Shown here: positions 1 through 9,635 of the stretch, in pieces
How positions within the stretch are numbered: the first letter of the stretch is position 1
Layout: each line of letters opens with the position of its first letter
Assembly (NCBI GenBank): GCA_965178125.1
Contig: OZ237745.1
Span: forward strand, 186,001 to 250,000
Direction: 5' to 3'
Source of the DNA: Bilabrum cf. latius
Lineage: Eukaryota
DNA length: 64,000 nt
Notes under the pieces: model-generated
Database searches by the model: none
Seen by the model: the letters and a program-made list of their open reading frames with translations, nothing else
What the model was told of the DNA's origin: nothing
Position numbers and translations under genes: made by a program

Positions 1-201
1 AGACCGAACAAGCCCTCGGCCGCCCGGTCCCCCCCCAAGTCGCTCTCTGAGGTCCAACCGAAGCGGCTTCGGCGGACTGCTGTGGTCGCTCGAGCGGTGT
101 CTGCCGGCCAGAGATGAAGACTGGCGCAGCTTAGGGGCGGCACCAGACTCTGATGATGTAGATTGGCTAGAACCACTTGCTAATCTGCTTGGAACACTCA
201 T
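1..201 (-). CDS. 5' end of a hypothetical protein running off the left edge
   Basis: ATG at 201-199 opens 67 stop-free codons (MSVPSRLASGSSQSTSSESGAAPKLRQ...) to the window edge. It lies divergent from the next gene across an AT-richer spacer. No homology recognised. Confidence 0.5.
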   Translation of the reverse strand, partial: MSVPSRLASGSSQSTSSESGAAPKLRQSSSLAGRHRSSDHSSPPKPLRLDLRERLGGGPGGRGLVRS

Positions 202-461
202 GGTAGCAGTATTTCTGGACGATTGCTTGGCGAAGACATTTAGTAACGTGTAAAAATAGAGAATATCATACTTCGTCCATTGGTGCAACTACGCCTACGA
301 ACGAATTTCCTGCTTTCGCTACGGTGGAAGTGTCGATTTAAGACTTATAAATCAGCAAAATCTTTGGTTCTGCTACGGTATCCAGTTCTCTGTACGACTG
401 ATAACCACTTTTCGCTCAATCGTCGAATCGAACAGGTGCCTAGGCCGCCGTATACGCGACT

Positions 462-3400
462 ATGCTTCGAAAACGTGATATTATCGGAAGCTCCAAACGA
501 GGTTTATCACTATCCAAAAGCAGTGGGGGGTCGGGTATCCTGCGCAAGAGGGGACCATCAAGACTGGTCGCTGCAAAGAGCCACGGCGTGGCCTCAAACG
601 CCCCGCTTGTTCGTGCTAGAGTAAAGCCCGCCCGCCAAGCTTCAAGCGTAGAGTCATCAACAACCAGTGCCAGCGTGGGGAGCGCCGTTCGTGAAACAGC
701 AGACGGACGTGGGCGTCATGGTCGGGGTTTTGGCTCTCGCAAACGGCAAAGAACTCCTGCAGCCAGCGCGGTCGAGCCTGACGAAGTACAAGCCCTGGTT
801 GATTCGCTATAGTCATCTATATCTGGGGCCTCCCTGCAACGAGAGGCTTCTTCTGTCGCGGTGAGGCCAAACGAGCCATCGACGGATGGGTTGCAGTTGC
901 GCTGCCATCATTGCGCCCAGTATCAGCTCGACTGTCTCTGACTCAACCCCGATTAAATCCAATGCCACCGCAGTTATAGCTCATTCAAAGGCTACCAAGC
1001 GCCGCTAAGTCTGCGTCCGGCCTGTCATCCGCCAATCCGTCGGAGCAGGACTCGCGGCACGTGGCGACTGCAGCGGCTCAGGCTCTCGCACTCATGCGGC
1101 GCAGCTTGCTAGGGCCGGTGAGGCGCGCTGCCGCCTCTTTTCACGCGCTGCAGGCCGCTTCGCACGAAGCACAGAAGCTCAAGTCGGCTTGGGACGCGGC
1201 TAAATCAGCCGCCGAGGCCAGCCACGGTCACGGTGGTGGAGCAGATTCTGGCGCTGCTGCCGCGGACCAGTCGGGAGGACGCACCGCAGCACTCGGCAGT
1301 ACCGGAGTTGATTCATCCGATGCAGCGCTCATACAGAAGAAGATCGCAGCAGATCCCACAGTCAGTGCGGCCCGCGCCCGCGCAATCGAGGCTCGCCGAA
1401 GGGCGAGGAGGCACCACGGCATGCTGCAGCAGGCGCTGGCCGCGCGCCGGTCGGCAGCCTTCGCCGTCGAACCAGTCGTGGAAGCCATCCTTCGAGCGGC
1501 TGCCTGGCTGCTTCCCGCGGCACTGAGGGCTGGGCACGACTGCATGGACCAGACCGCAGCTGCTGCAGGTCAGAGTGCGGTTAGAGCGAGCTGGCTGCAG
1601 ATCGCGCTGTCGCTGCTGCTGGCGTGCTACCACCTGGCCATCAGCTGCGCCCCGCTAGTTTGCCTGCAGAAGCGCCGGGGCCTCCGTGTGTTGGCAGGGC
1701 TGCTGCCTCTGATTGGTCCTGCTGTAGGGGCCCTCGAGGAGCGGCGCTGCAGCGTGACCCGGACAGTTGGTGCGGCAGTGCGGGGCGGTGGCAAGAGACG
1801 AAGGGTAGAAGATGCACCCACTGGTGCCGCCGATGATTCGAGGCTAGCCAGCACCTAGACCAGCAGCACCAGTAGCACCGGCAGCGGTGGTAAGGCAGCT
1901 GCGATAGACTGCACGGAGCAAGACTCCCCGGAAGCCTACTCCCGCAGTGCCGCAAGGCTGCTCGCACCTGCTGCAGCCTCGCTCTCTCGTGCAATGGGCG
2001 GTAGTCTGCCCCCTCCCTCGCTGATGGCGCTGCTGGTCCTGCGCCGAGCCACGGCCGGTGCGGTGCCGGGGGCGGACGACGACGACGAGGCATGCCACGT
2101 GCTGGCCGCGGGTGCCGGCAGTGGCTGCGCGGATGATGGAACCCAAGGATCGCCGCCCTAGCAGCAGCAGGTGCCTCCCGCCCCGCCCAGACACGCTCCC
2201 GATCGAGTGCTTGTATCAGAAACGAGCGTTGCCCAGTGGTCGAGCCTTTCTCTGCAGCTGCAGCGCGGATTGAGGGCTCAGGTGCTCGGCGCCAGCGCTG
2301 GTGGAGGTGGCGCAGTGCAAGGGGGAGGAGCGTCCAATGCCCTCCAGCTCGCTGCTGGGCTGGTGCGAGAGCTGGAGGCCTCGCTGGGAGAGTCAGCCGA
2401 GCGGGATGCGCTGGATTAGTCAGGGCGCGAATCAAGCACCGGCTCTGCAGAGCAAAGCTTCGACGCATTGGCTCGGCTCCGGTGCCTCAGGGGTGTGCTC
2501 GCGCTCCGGTTGCTGGAGGCGGCCACCTATGGGGAACAGGCTCGGGGGAACAGTCTTGCAGTGGCCGCTACAGTGCTCGTGGGACGATCTGGGCCGGTAG
2601 GGTCGGTGCAGTCTTGTTCAGGTGCACCAGTGCGCATGGAGTCGGATAGGGCGCGATCGCTGATTTCCGTGCTGCTCGGTGTGACTTGCCTCGCCGGGAG
2701 GGCGCAGCGGTCTAGCTCGTGGTCCGGCTGGAAAACTCTCCCTATCGAGGCAGAGCTCCTTGCTCTCAGGGTTCTGTCCAATGCGACGCATCACTGCCCC
2801 GCTGCGGCTGCAGCTGTGCCCATGGCCCGGCCAGAAGCAGGCTCGGCGGGTCGCGCTGCAGCGGCTGTTCTAGTGCCAACCTGGGGCAGCAGCAGGAACG
2901 GCAGTGGTGATACCGGGGATGCGGTTCCGATTGACATGAGGGAGTGGCCGGTGGGTACGCGGCAGCTAGCTGCAGCCGAGCGCGAGCTGAGAGAGGCGGT
3001 GCAGAAGGAGAGTGGCAGGGACGATCTGCTTGCACCCGTGATGTGGCTAGACGACGGGCCGAGGGATGCAACGGAGGCTAAGCTCGGACTGTCAGGAAAG
3101 AAAGGATCAATGGGGGCTATCTCAAGTGCCGGCGCCACTAGTTCTGGCTTCACAATACAGCGCGCCGAGAACCAAGATGGGTCTAGTTCAGGCTCAGGCC
3201 ACAGGCTCGCGTGGAGCCCTGCCTCCCGTCGTCGGCTCTGCGGGTGGGGCATCCGTGTGCTGCTGGCATCCGCGCTGAGGCACGCCAGCGAGGTAGTGGG
3301 CGGTGGAGTTCAAGACGAAGAAGGCGAAAGCACCGAGAGCACAGCAGCTAGCAGCGGTGTTGCCGAGAAAAAACGCCTGACAGCGCACGACCTGGCCGCC

Positions 3401-6400
3401 TATGACACGCTCGTGCTAGCACTGTCAGTACTAGCCAATACCGCAGAGGGCTCCCTAGCGGCACGCGCAGCCATCGCAGCCGCGGGCGTGCCGTCTGTGG
3501 CTGCTCCGTGGATGCGAGCAGCCGCGCTGAAGGCACAGATCATGGTCGATCCTTCGGCATACAGCGGCCTGCAAGAGGCACTGGATGGCAGTGGAGGAGC
3601 AAGCCGTAGCTCGTAGACGGGCTTGGGTCCCGGGTACAGGGCCGTGCCGCCTATCCGCGACCCACCATACGATAGCCCACACGGACACGGCGATCAGGGT
3701 GTAAGCAAGAGCAGCGGCAAAGGTGGGTTGCAAGTGGCTAAAGAGGAGCAGTCCGCGGTCGATGTCACCGTCCCGTGCCTGCTGCCCTTACCGTACACAG
3801 AGACGGTTCCAGCACCCGCGGCAATCGTTTGCATGCTGCTAGCAGCAGCAGTTCGGGTCGGTCCAGCCGCGCTGGCAGTCTCCCAGGAGTCCAGCGGGAG
3901 CGCCATAGCCGCTGTCGAGAAACCAGCCGAATCTGATGACACATCAAGTCGTCAGGCCGTGAGGTCTAGAGGGGACCAACAGCCGGCAATGGATGGAGAC
4001 TAGGGCAGCGGTGGCCTGCCCTGGGAGAACTCAGATGAAAGCAAGCAGCAACCGCGGGGTGCGGCCACCAATAGCAGCAGCAGCAGCAGCAGCAGTGGAA
4101 ATGGAAATGGAAATGAGACTGCCCCTGCAGCAGGGGTACGTATTTCAAGCCAGCCAGTCGCCACTGGAGCCAAACCAACGAGCGGGACCATCGATAGCGT
4201 GGATCTCAGCTCGCAATCCACGGAGCAGTCCCTCATCGTAGGCGGATATTGCGCCATGCTGCTCCTGCTGCTCTGCAGGGGCAACGGAGCGGCGTGGTCG
4301 GTGGCTCGTGCGGCCCTCCCTAAGCAATCGCACGAGGTTCTCACGAGGCTGGGTAGCCTGCGCCCGCTCGCCGGTAGCTTGCTCCTGTGGCGCGTGTGGC
4401 AAGGCCAGGTAGGTGTGCTCACGACCGAGGCAGACGATCTGATCAGGAAAGGGCTAGCCGAGGTGGCAGCACTAGAGCGCGGGCTTGGAAGCCGCTCCAT
4501 GAGCCAGGCCAGATCCAGGGTGCTTCTGACAGAGGGGCGGGCCGCGATGGATGACGCCGAGGAAAGCTGCGGCAATGATTCTGGGAGTGGCTCGTCCTCG
4601 TCCAAGGCAGAATCGTCGTTGGCCTGGTGCGACCCGGACTACGCGTCAGACGGGGAAGATGCTGTGCAAAAACGTGTCCGCCTCGGCCGAAACCACAGGC
4701 CAGCAGCCGCACTACGACCTGCAGGCCATGATAATGCGGCCAGCGGGGGCACGGGCAGCGAGGCCCCCGGGCTGGCTCGGTCGGCCACGGCAGGCGGGAG
4801 AATAGAGAGTCCCCAGCGCAGGCGACCGTCCTCCCCATCCACGCCGTCCTCCTCCTCAAGGAAGAACGCACGCGGCAGCCCCGCATCCACTCCGCGGTCC
4901 AAGAGCCCAGGGAACAAGCGCAGTCCTCGGAAGAGTCCCAGCGGCAGACCCTCCCCATTGGCCCGCAAGAAGGTGTCCCCTGCCCGTAGGCGACTCATAC
5001 TGGGCGCTGAGGGCGGCGGCTCGCCGCGTCCCACGAGCCCACTCGAGGCCGCTGCAGGGGCAGAAGTGATCGAGCCGCCCAGGGTGCGCGCTCCGACGTC
5101 TGCCGGTGTGGCTGCTTTGGTCCGGAGCAGCTCCACGGGGTCTCCTTCCAAGCACGGTGGCAGGGGCGGGGGCCGGGGAGGCGTCGGGAGTCCCATGGCT
5201 GGGTCTAGGCTACGGAGGAGCAGTCCCTTGAGCGCAGCACGGCTGCGTGCCTCTGCCTCTGCCTCTGCGTCTGCGGTGGAAAAGAAGCGAGCGCAGCAAA
5301 ATAGAGTAAGCCGGCAGAAGGCAGGAGATGGGACTGTCCTGGGTGGCAACTCGCAGCCGTCAGCTTTGGACGATGTTGATGACAGCGACGATGACAGCGA
5401 CGAGGACAGCGACGAAGGAGCGGGTGGCGCAGCTGCTGGAGATGACTGGGGTGATGCAGCCAGCGGGGACGGATCGCCCAGGGGGGAAGTGAGGGGGTCG
5501 CCAGGCGCGCGAGGCGCCGGTCTCGGCACCGAGTCCGCACCTGCTGGCCTGGCAGGTGACGCTGGCGGGCTAGACGACGATGACCACGACGCGCTGGGCG
5601 TCCGTGGCAGCTCTCGCGGTCGCGTTAACGGACGTGGTGCACCCGGCGGCGTGTTCCGTCGAGACCACTCGCCGCGCCGCTCCAGCCCGCTGCGCCGACA
5701 GGTCTCTGCACCTGCCAATGGCAGTGCTAGTGCGACAGGTCCTGTGAGCAGCAGCAGCGGCGGCATAAGCAAGGACGGCACCGCAGGCAGCGGCCTCTAG
5801 CCGCAAGGCATGGACCTATCACTGACCTCCTCGTCCTCTTCGCGGTCGTCGTCGATGGGCTTGGATCTGCGGCAGGAGGGCACTGCCGAGGAACAGGAGC
5901 AGAGCCAGTCTGTGAGCAGGAGTAGCAGCAGGAGCAGGAGCAGGAGTAGGGGCAGGTGGGATACGTCTAGGAGAAGGAGGCCGCGGGAGCCGCAGAGCAA
6001 GGGCAGGCAAAGCAGCGTGGGGCGGGATTCTGTCGGGAGCGTCGGGAGCACGGCAGGCGCCGGTGCGAATGAAGAACTTGCCTTACGAGGTGAAGATGAG
6101 AAGAATGCCGGTGAGGATGCCGATGAGGATGATGACGATGGCGAGGACGATGTATTTGCCCTCGTGGATCGCGACATCGACCGGCTGGTTGGCGGAGCAT
6201 CTTCGCGCCGCGGATCGGGCGTTCGGGGGATGCTGCAGAGCCCCATAGGTTGGGGAGGTGGCGGCAGTGCAGTGCAGGCAGTGCGTGCAATGTAGTCCGG
6301 TGTCAGGCTGATGGGGGTGCAATCTGGAGGTAATAGTGGTGCGTCGGGTCCTGCAGCGGGGTCTGCTGGACTGACGAGGACCGGGAGAGGAGGCAGCGGA

Positions 6401-6478
6401 TCGGGTGGGCGAGGGCGATCCGGGAAGGCGCCTAGTAGGGGCCGCAGTGCGGGCGCACTTGATTGGCTGGACGGCTGA
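462..6478 (+). CDS. WAPL: WAPL (wings-apart-like, cohesin release factor) domain protein, ~1967 aa with TAG=Gln
   Basis: Exons 462-860 and 974-6478 (phase-0 intron). One frame with 9 in-frame TAG, ending TGA at 6476-6478. WAPL-type helical motifs occur in the expected order: LALRLLEAATY, LRVLSNATHH, DTLVLALSVLANTAE, QSLIVGGYCAMLLLLL. They are separated by low-complexity inserts. Confidence 0.7.
861..973 (+). other. spliceosomal intron (113 nt)
   Basis: GTGAGG...ACCGCAG. Removal joins the frame of 462 to the frame of 1061 and removes an in-frame TGA. Confidence 0.8.
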
Positions 6479-6600
6479 AATGACACGGGGTGCAGTAGAT
6501 GCTGTGCACGAAGAGTTTCAGGTGTTCCAAATTTCATGATTTCGTGAGAAGACATGCGTAGATGGTCTACCTTTGCCACCGTTGCTACTGCCACTCGCCA

Positions 6601-6836
6601 TAGTCCAAACTGCAGCCGCTCTTCGCTACATGCTGTAGTCCAAACTGCAGCCGCTCTTCGCTATATGCTGTAGTCCAAACTGCAGCCGCTCTTCGCTATA
6701 TGCTGTAGTCCAAACTGCAGCCGCTCTTTGCTACATGCTGTAGTCCAAACTGCAGCCGCTCTTCGCTATATGCTGTAGTCCAAACTGCAGCCGCTCTTCG
6801 CTATATGCTGTAGTCCAAACTGCAGCCGCTCTTCGC
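6601..6836. repeat. 35-bp minisatellite, 6 full copies plus one partial
   Basis: Unit tagtccaaactgcagccgctcttcgcta(t/c)atgctg starts at 6601, 6636, 6671, 6706, 6741, 6776 and 6811 (partial). Head-to-tail with no spacers. Confidence 0.97.
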
Positions 6837-6849
6837 AGCTACAGGCGCG

Positions 6850-8076
6850 TCAGCCCGGGTCCATGGCAGCCTATCCCGATGACGCAGACGACGCGGCACT
6901 GGATGAAGATGAGGACGAAGACGAGGATGCGGCCCCTGCCCCTGTCCCTCCTCCTGCTCCCCCGTATCTCTCGTTCCTGGCCCTCTCCTCCGCCGCTGCC
7001 CTCGCCTGTTCCTCCACCTCCGGCTTGGCCGTCGCCGCGGTGCGGTGTTCCGGTTTGAGCACCCAGTGCCCCCTCCACGGCCCCATCCTGACGTGGGAAG
7101 CTATGGTCCTCAGCTGCTGCCCCACCTCTTTCTCTGCCATGGCAGGCAGCGCGTCCTGCAGCTGCCTCTGCGTCCAGTGGGCCCGAAACTCGTACAGACC
7201 GGCCACGGTGACTCGCCCGTGCCTGCTTCTGGCCCGCTGGGCCGCCTGCTGGGGCGTGCACAGGCCGGCCATGGCGCCTGCAGCGGCGGCAGCGTCCTGC
7301 TTGCTGGGGCCGGCAGCAGCCCCATCGCTGTGGCCCAGGGAGGAGACTGCCAGGCTACGGCCTGCATCGGAGATGGCTGGCTGGCGCAGGTCGGCCCTAA
7401 GGTTGCTAGTACGTGCCTTCTTGGCGGCTTCTTCTCTTTCCGTCACGATGACCTGGTGCATGCGCTTGAAGGCGGGGTCGCCGGGGCTTGGCACGGCGGC
7501 CTCGTGCTCCTCCACGATGCCCTCGAAGGATGCTCGGTTGGACGGGCGATTGCGGACCATTGCCCGCGCGGCGAGCGGAGCGGCGCTCTTCATGTCGTAC
7601 TATCTGGGAATCTGTGCAGGGTCTCCGGCGCGCTCGACGGCGGCCTTTGAAATCACCAGTTTTCGCTTGATTCCGCGCCTGTGCTGCATAGCAGCGGCTG
7701 TCCTGGGCCCTGCACTGGTTGCAATGGCATCTGATGGGCGAGATCTGGCAGGCGCTGGCATTTCGTGCATCACTGCCCAAGGGCCGTCTGGCGATTTGCG
7801 GAGTGATTCCATCGCAGCTTTCTGCGCAAGAGAAAATACGGCGCAGCGGGAGCTGGTACAGGCAGGCTGGCAAGCTAATACTGCATCTAATTGAATGCCT
7901 AGTCTTACCGGAAGTTTGACAAGCATGACGTCTCGCTGGGCTCCTTTTGTGCCGAGCTGGAACTGGGCCAATACGCGGGTCTCTATCCTAGGTCCTGGCG
8001 CCCGGTCCTAGTTTTGTGCTTGCTACCGCGTACCTGCAGATCTTCCTGATACTCCCGCGCCACCGCTTGCTTCCAT
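6850..8076 (-). CDS. GTF2F2: Transcription initiation factor TFIIF beta subunit (RAP30/Tfg2), ~379 aa
   Basis: ATG 8076, TGA 6852-6850, 4 in-frame TAG, in-frame intron 7908-7822. N-terminal motif LGTKGAQRDVMLVKLP. C-terminal winged-helix motif LYEFRAHWTQRQLQ...GPWRGHWVLKPEHR resembles the family's YELKPEY. Confidence 0.85.
7822..7908 (-). other. spliceosomal intron (87 nt, stop-free, length multiple of 3)
   Basis: GTAAGA...TTTTCTCTTGCGCAG directly after the conserved VKLP motif. Confidence 0.75.
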
Positions 8077-8228
8077 TGAATCTTTCCTACTCTGTGCTAG
8101 TCAAAAAGAAAAAACTGCAGTTGCATCGGGATCGTGTGACGAGTATAATGTTGCGTGCACTTCATCAACACACCTTCGAGTTTGTCGTTGAGCTGTGCGC
8201 CCAGCATTGGCAGCGCAAATTGGACAGT
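8077..8228. promoter_or_regulatory. putative bidirectional promoter between TFIIF-beta and SSNA1
   Basis: 152-nt AT-richer spacer between two divergent start codons. Function inferred from geometry only. Confidence 0.5.
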
Positions 8229-8949
8229 ATGTCAAGGCAAGGAGCGTCACTTTAGAGTTACAACAATGAACTAGTAAAGTGTGAGCCTGGTATTCCGCAC
8301 AATACGTGTGATTTTCCCGCTGGTAGGCCAGAGGTTGGACTCTATACCTGCCACCACTGCAACACAGTCTTCTAATGCTCCCATGCCCATATCCTTTTCG
8401 TCCAGGCATTGAGGACCTTCGTGAAAAGCGAGAGGAAGTCAACCGAACCATTTTGCGAATTGAGGAGGAGAAAGCTAGGCTGACCAAGGTAAGCAATGCG
8501 ATCGAGCCTATTGCACATTTCATGCCATGAAGCGGCAGGATATACCTAGACTTCTTTGGGTGGAATTCAGTTGTGGTAGTTGTTCTTTCATTACGTGTTG
8601 AGATGTTTGATGAGTATCGAGTGTAGCTAGGTGCAAGCTTATGGGATTTCGCTTCGATGACTCCAACATGCAAATTACCATCTCGCAGGAGCAAAGCCGC
8701 ATTGCCGAAAAGCTCGCCAAAATGCAAGAAGAACTGTCCAGAAAGATTGTTGCGCGAAACGAGTACGATACTACCATTTAGGAGACCGAGGCTGCGTACA
8801 TGAAGATTCTGGAGAGCTCGCAGACGCTGCTGAACGTGCTCAAGCGGGAAGCAACCAACCTCACGAAGAGGCGACAGGCATCTGGACCTGGTGGTGGATC
8901 CAGTGGTGCAGCTGCAGGCGGAGCAGCGGCATCACCCGGCGGATACTGA
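8229..8949 (+). CDS. SSNA1: SSNA1/DIP13/NA14 centriole and axoneme microtubule-binding coiled-coil protein, 131 aa
   Basis: Exons 8229-8280, 8406-8488, 8689-8949 give MSRQGASL[TAG][22 protein letters not shown]...RNEYDTTI[TAG][27 protein letters not shown], ending TGA. This closely matches the family ([22 protein letters not shown]...[17 protein letters not shown]). The gene is absent from the supplied ORF track. Confidence 0.96.
8281..8405 (+). other. spliceosomal intron (125 nt, phase 1)
   Basis: GTGAGC...TCCAG. Splicing rebuilds the conserved Cys of ELVKCIEDL. Confidence 0.93.
8489..8688 (+). other. spliceosomal intron (200 nt, phase 0)
   Basis: GTAAGC...TCGCAG. Splicing restores the SSNA1 frame and length. 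Confidence 0.9.
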
Positions 8950-9635
8950 CAAATGTGGTCGGGTGGCTGGCAGTCGCGGGTTCTGAAGCGAGCATCGCTG
9001 CCTGGACCAGTCCAAGCACGTTCATTGCGTGGGCTGCCGCAGCCAGCGGGGATGGCTCGTCGCGTGTATTAGTCTCTGTCTGCCCCTGAATATATGATTG
9101 GATGTTGACACCCTACTTACTAGTGACATCACATGCTTGCTCACAGTATACTTGGGGCCTGGCGGGCATGTACCGCCCAGCAAGCAAAGCAAGGGAGCTC
9201 CGAAACTGTGCAGTGATGCGCAACCGAGCCGCAGATGCACCGTGCTCGCATTAGAATCGCACGCAAGTGTGCTGCCGTTCTTGGTGGTTGCAACCGCCGG
9301 GCTTCGCACCGTTGCAGTTGTGCCGTTTCGACCTCACAGTCGCGATACAAGCAGCCAATACCGCACATTGTAACTTCATGTAGTTAAATAGTGGCGGGCG
9401 GGCGCATGCCGGCCATGCTGTTGGGCAGTCTGCTAAAGAGCGCCGGCAGCGGTTGCTCCGATTGGATGCACAAGAGTCTGCTCCATCGTCACTGGGCCCT
9501 AGAAGACGGTCAAGGCTCGCGATGGTGGGTTAGAGATCTGTTCAAGAAAGTCAATCGCAGGATGTTGGTCACTTGAGACAGCATTCTTTGGGACTTGCAC
9601 TAAATCCAAGGTCTGCTGCAGCATTCGCACTCCCA

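Noticed and set aside
6601-6836. CRISPR array (35-bp repeat length)
   Set aside because: Units are directly adjacent with no unique spacers, no cas genes are present, and the context is eukaryotic.
8229-8949. UAG as pyrrolysine, Trp (A-to-I editing), Leu, Glu or Tyr
   Set aside because: The best-conserved site aligns to Gln and TAGs sit in CAG runs and disordered polar regions. Pyrrolysine is not known in eukaryotes. U-to-C editing cannot be excluded from DNA alone.
8950-9635. Short ORFs in spacers (9022-9576; also 53273-53918 and 39654-39899)
   Set aside because: No motifs, mixed stop types and no long TAG-only frame. Treated as intergenic or UTR.
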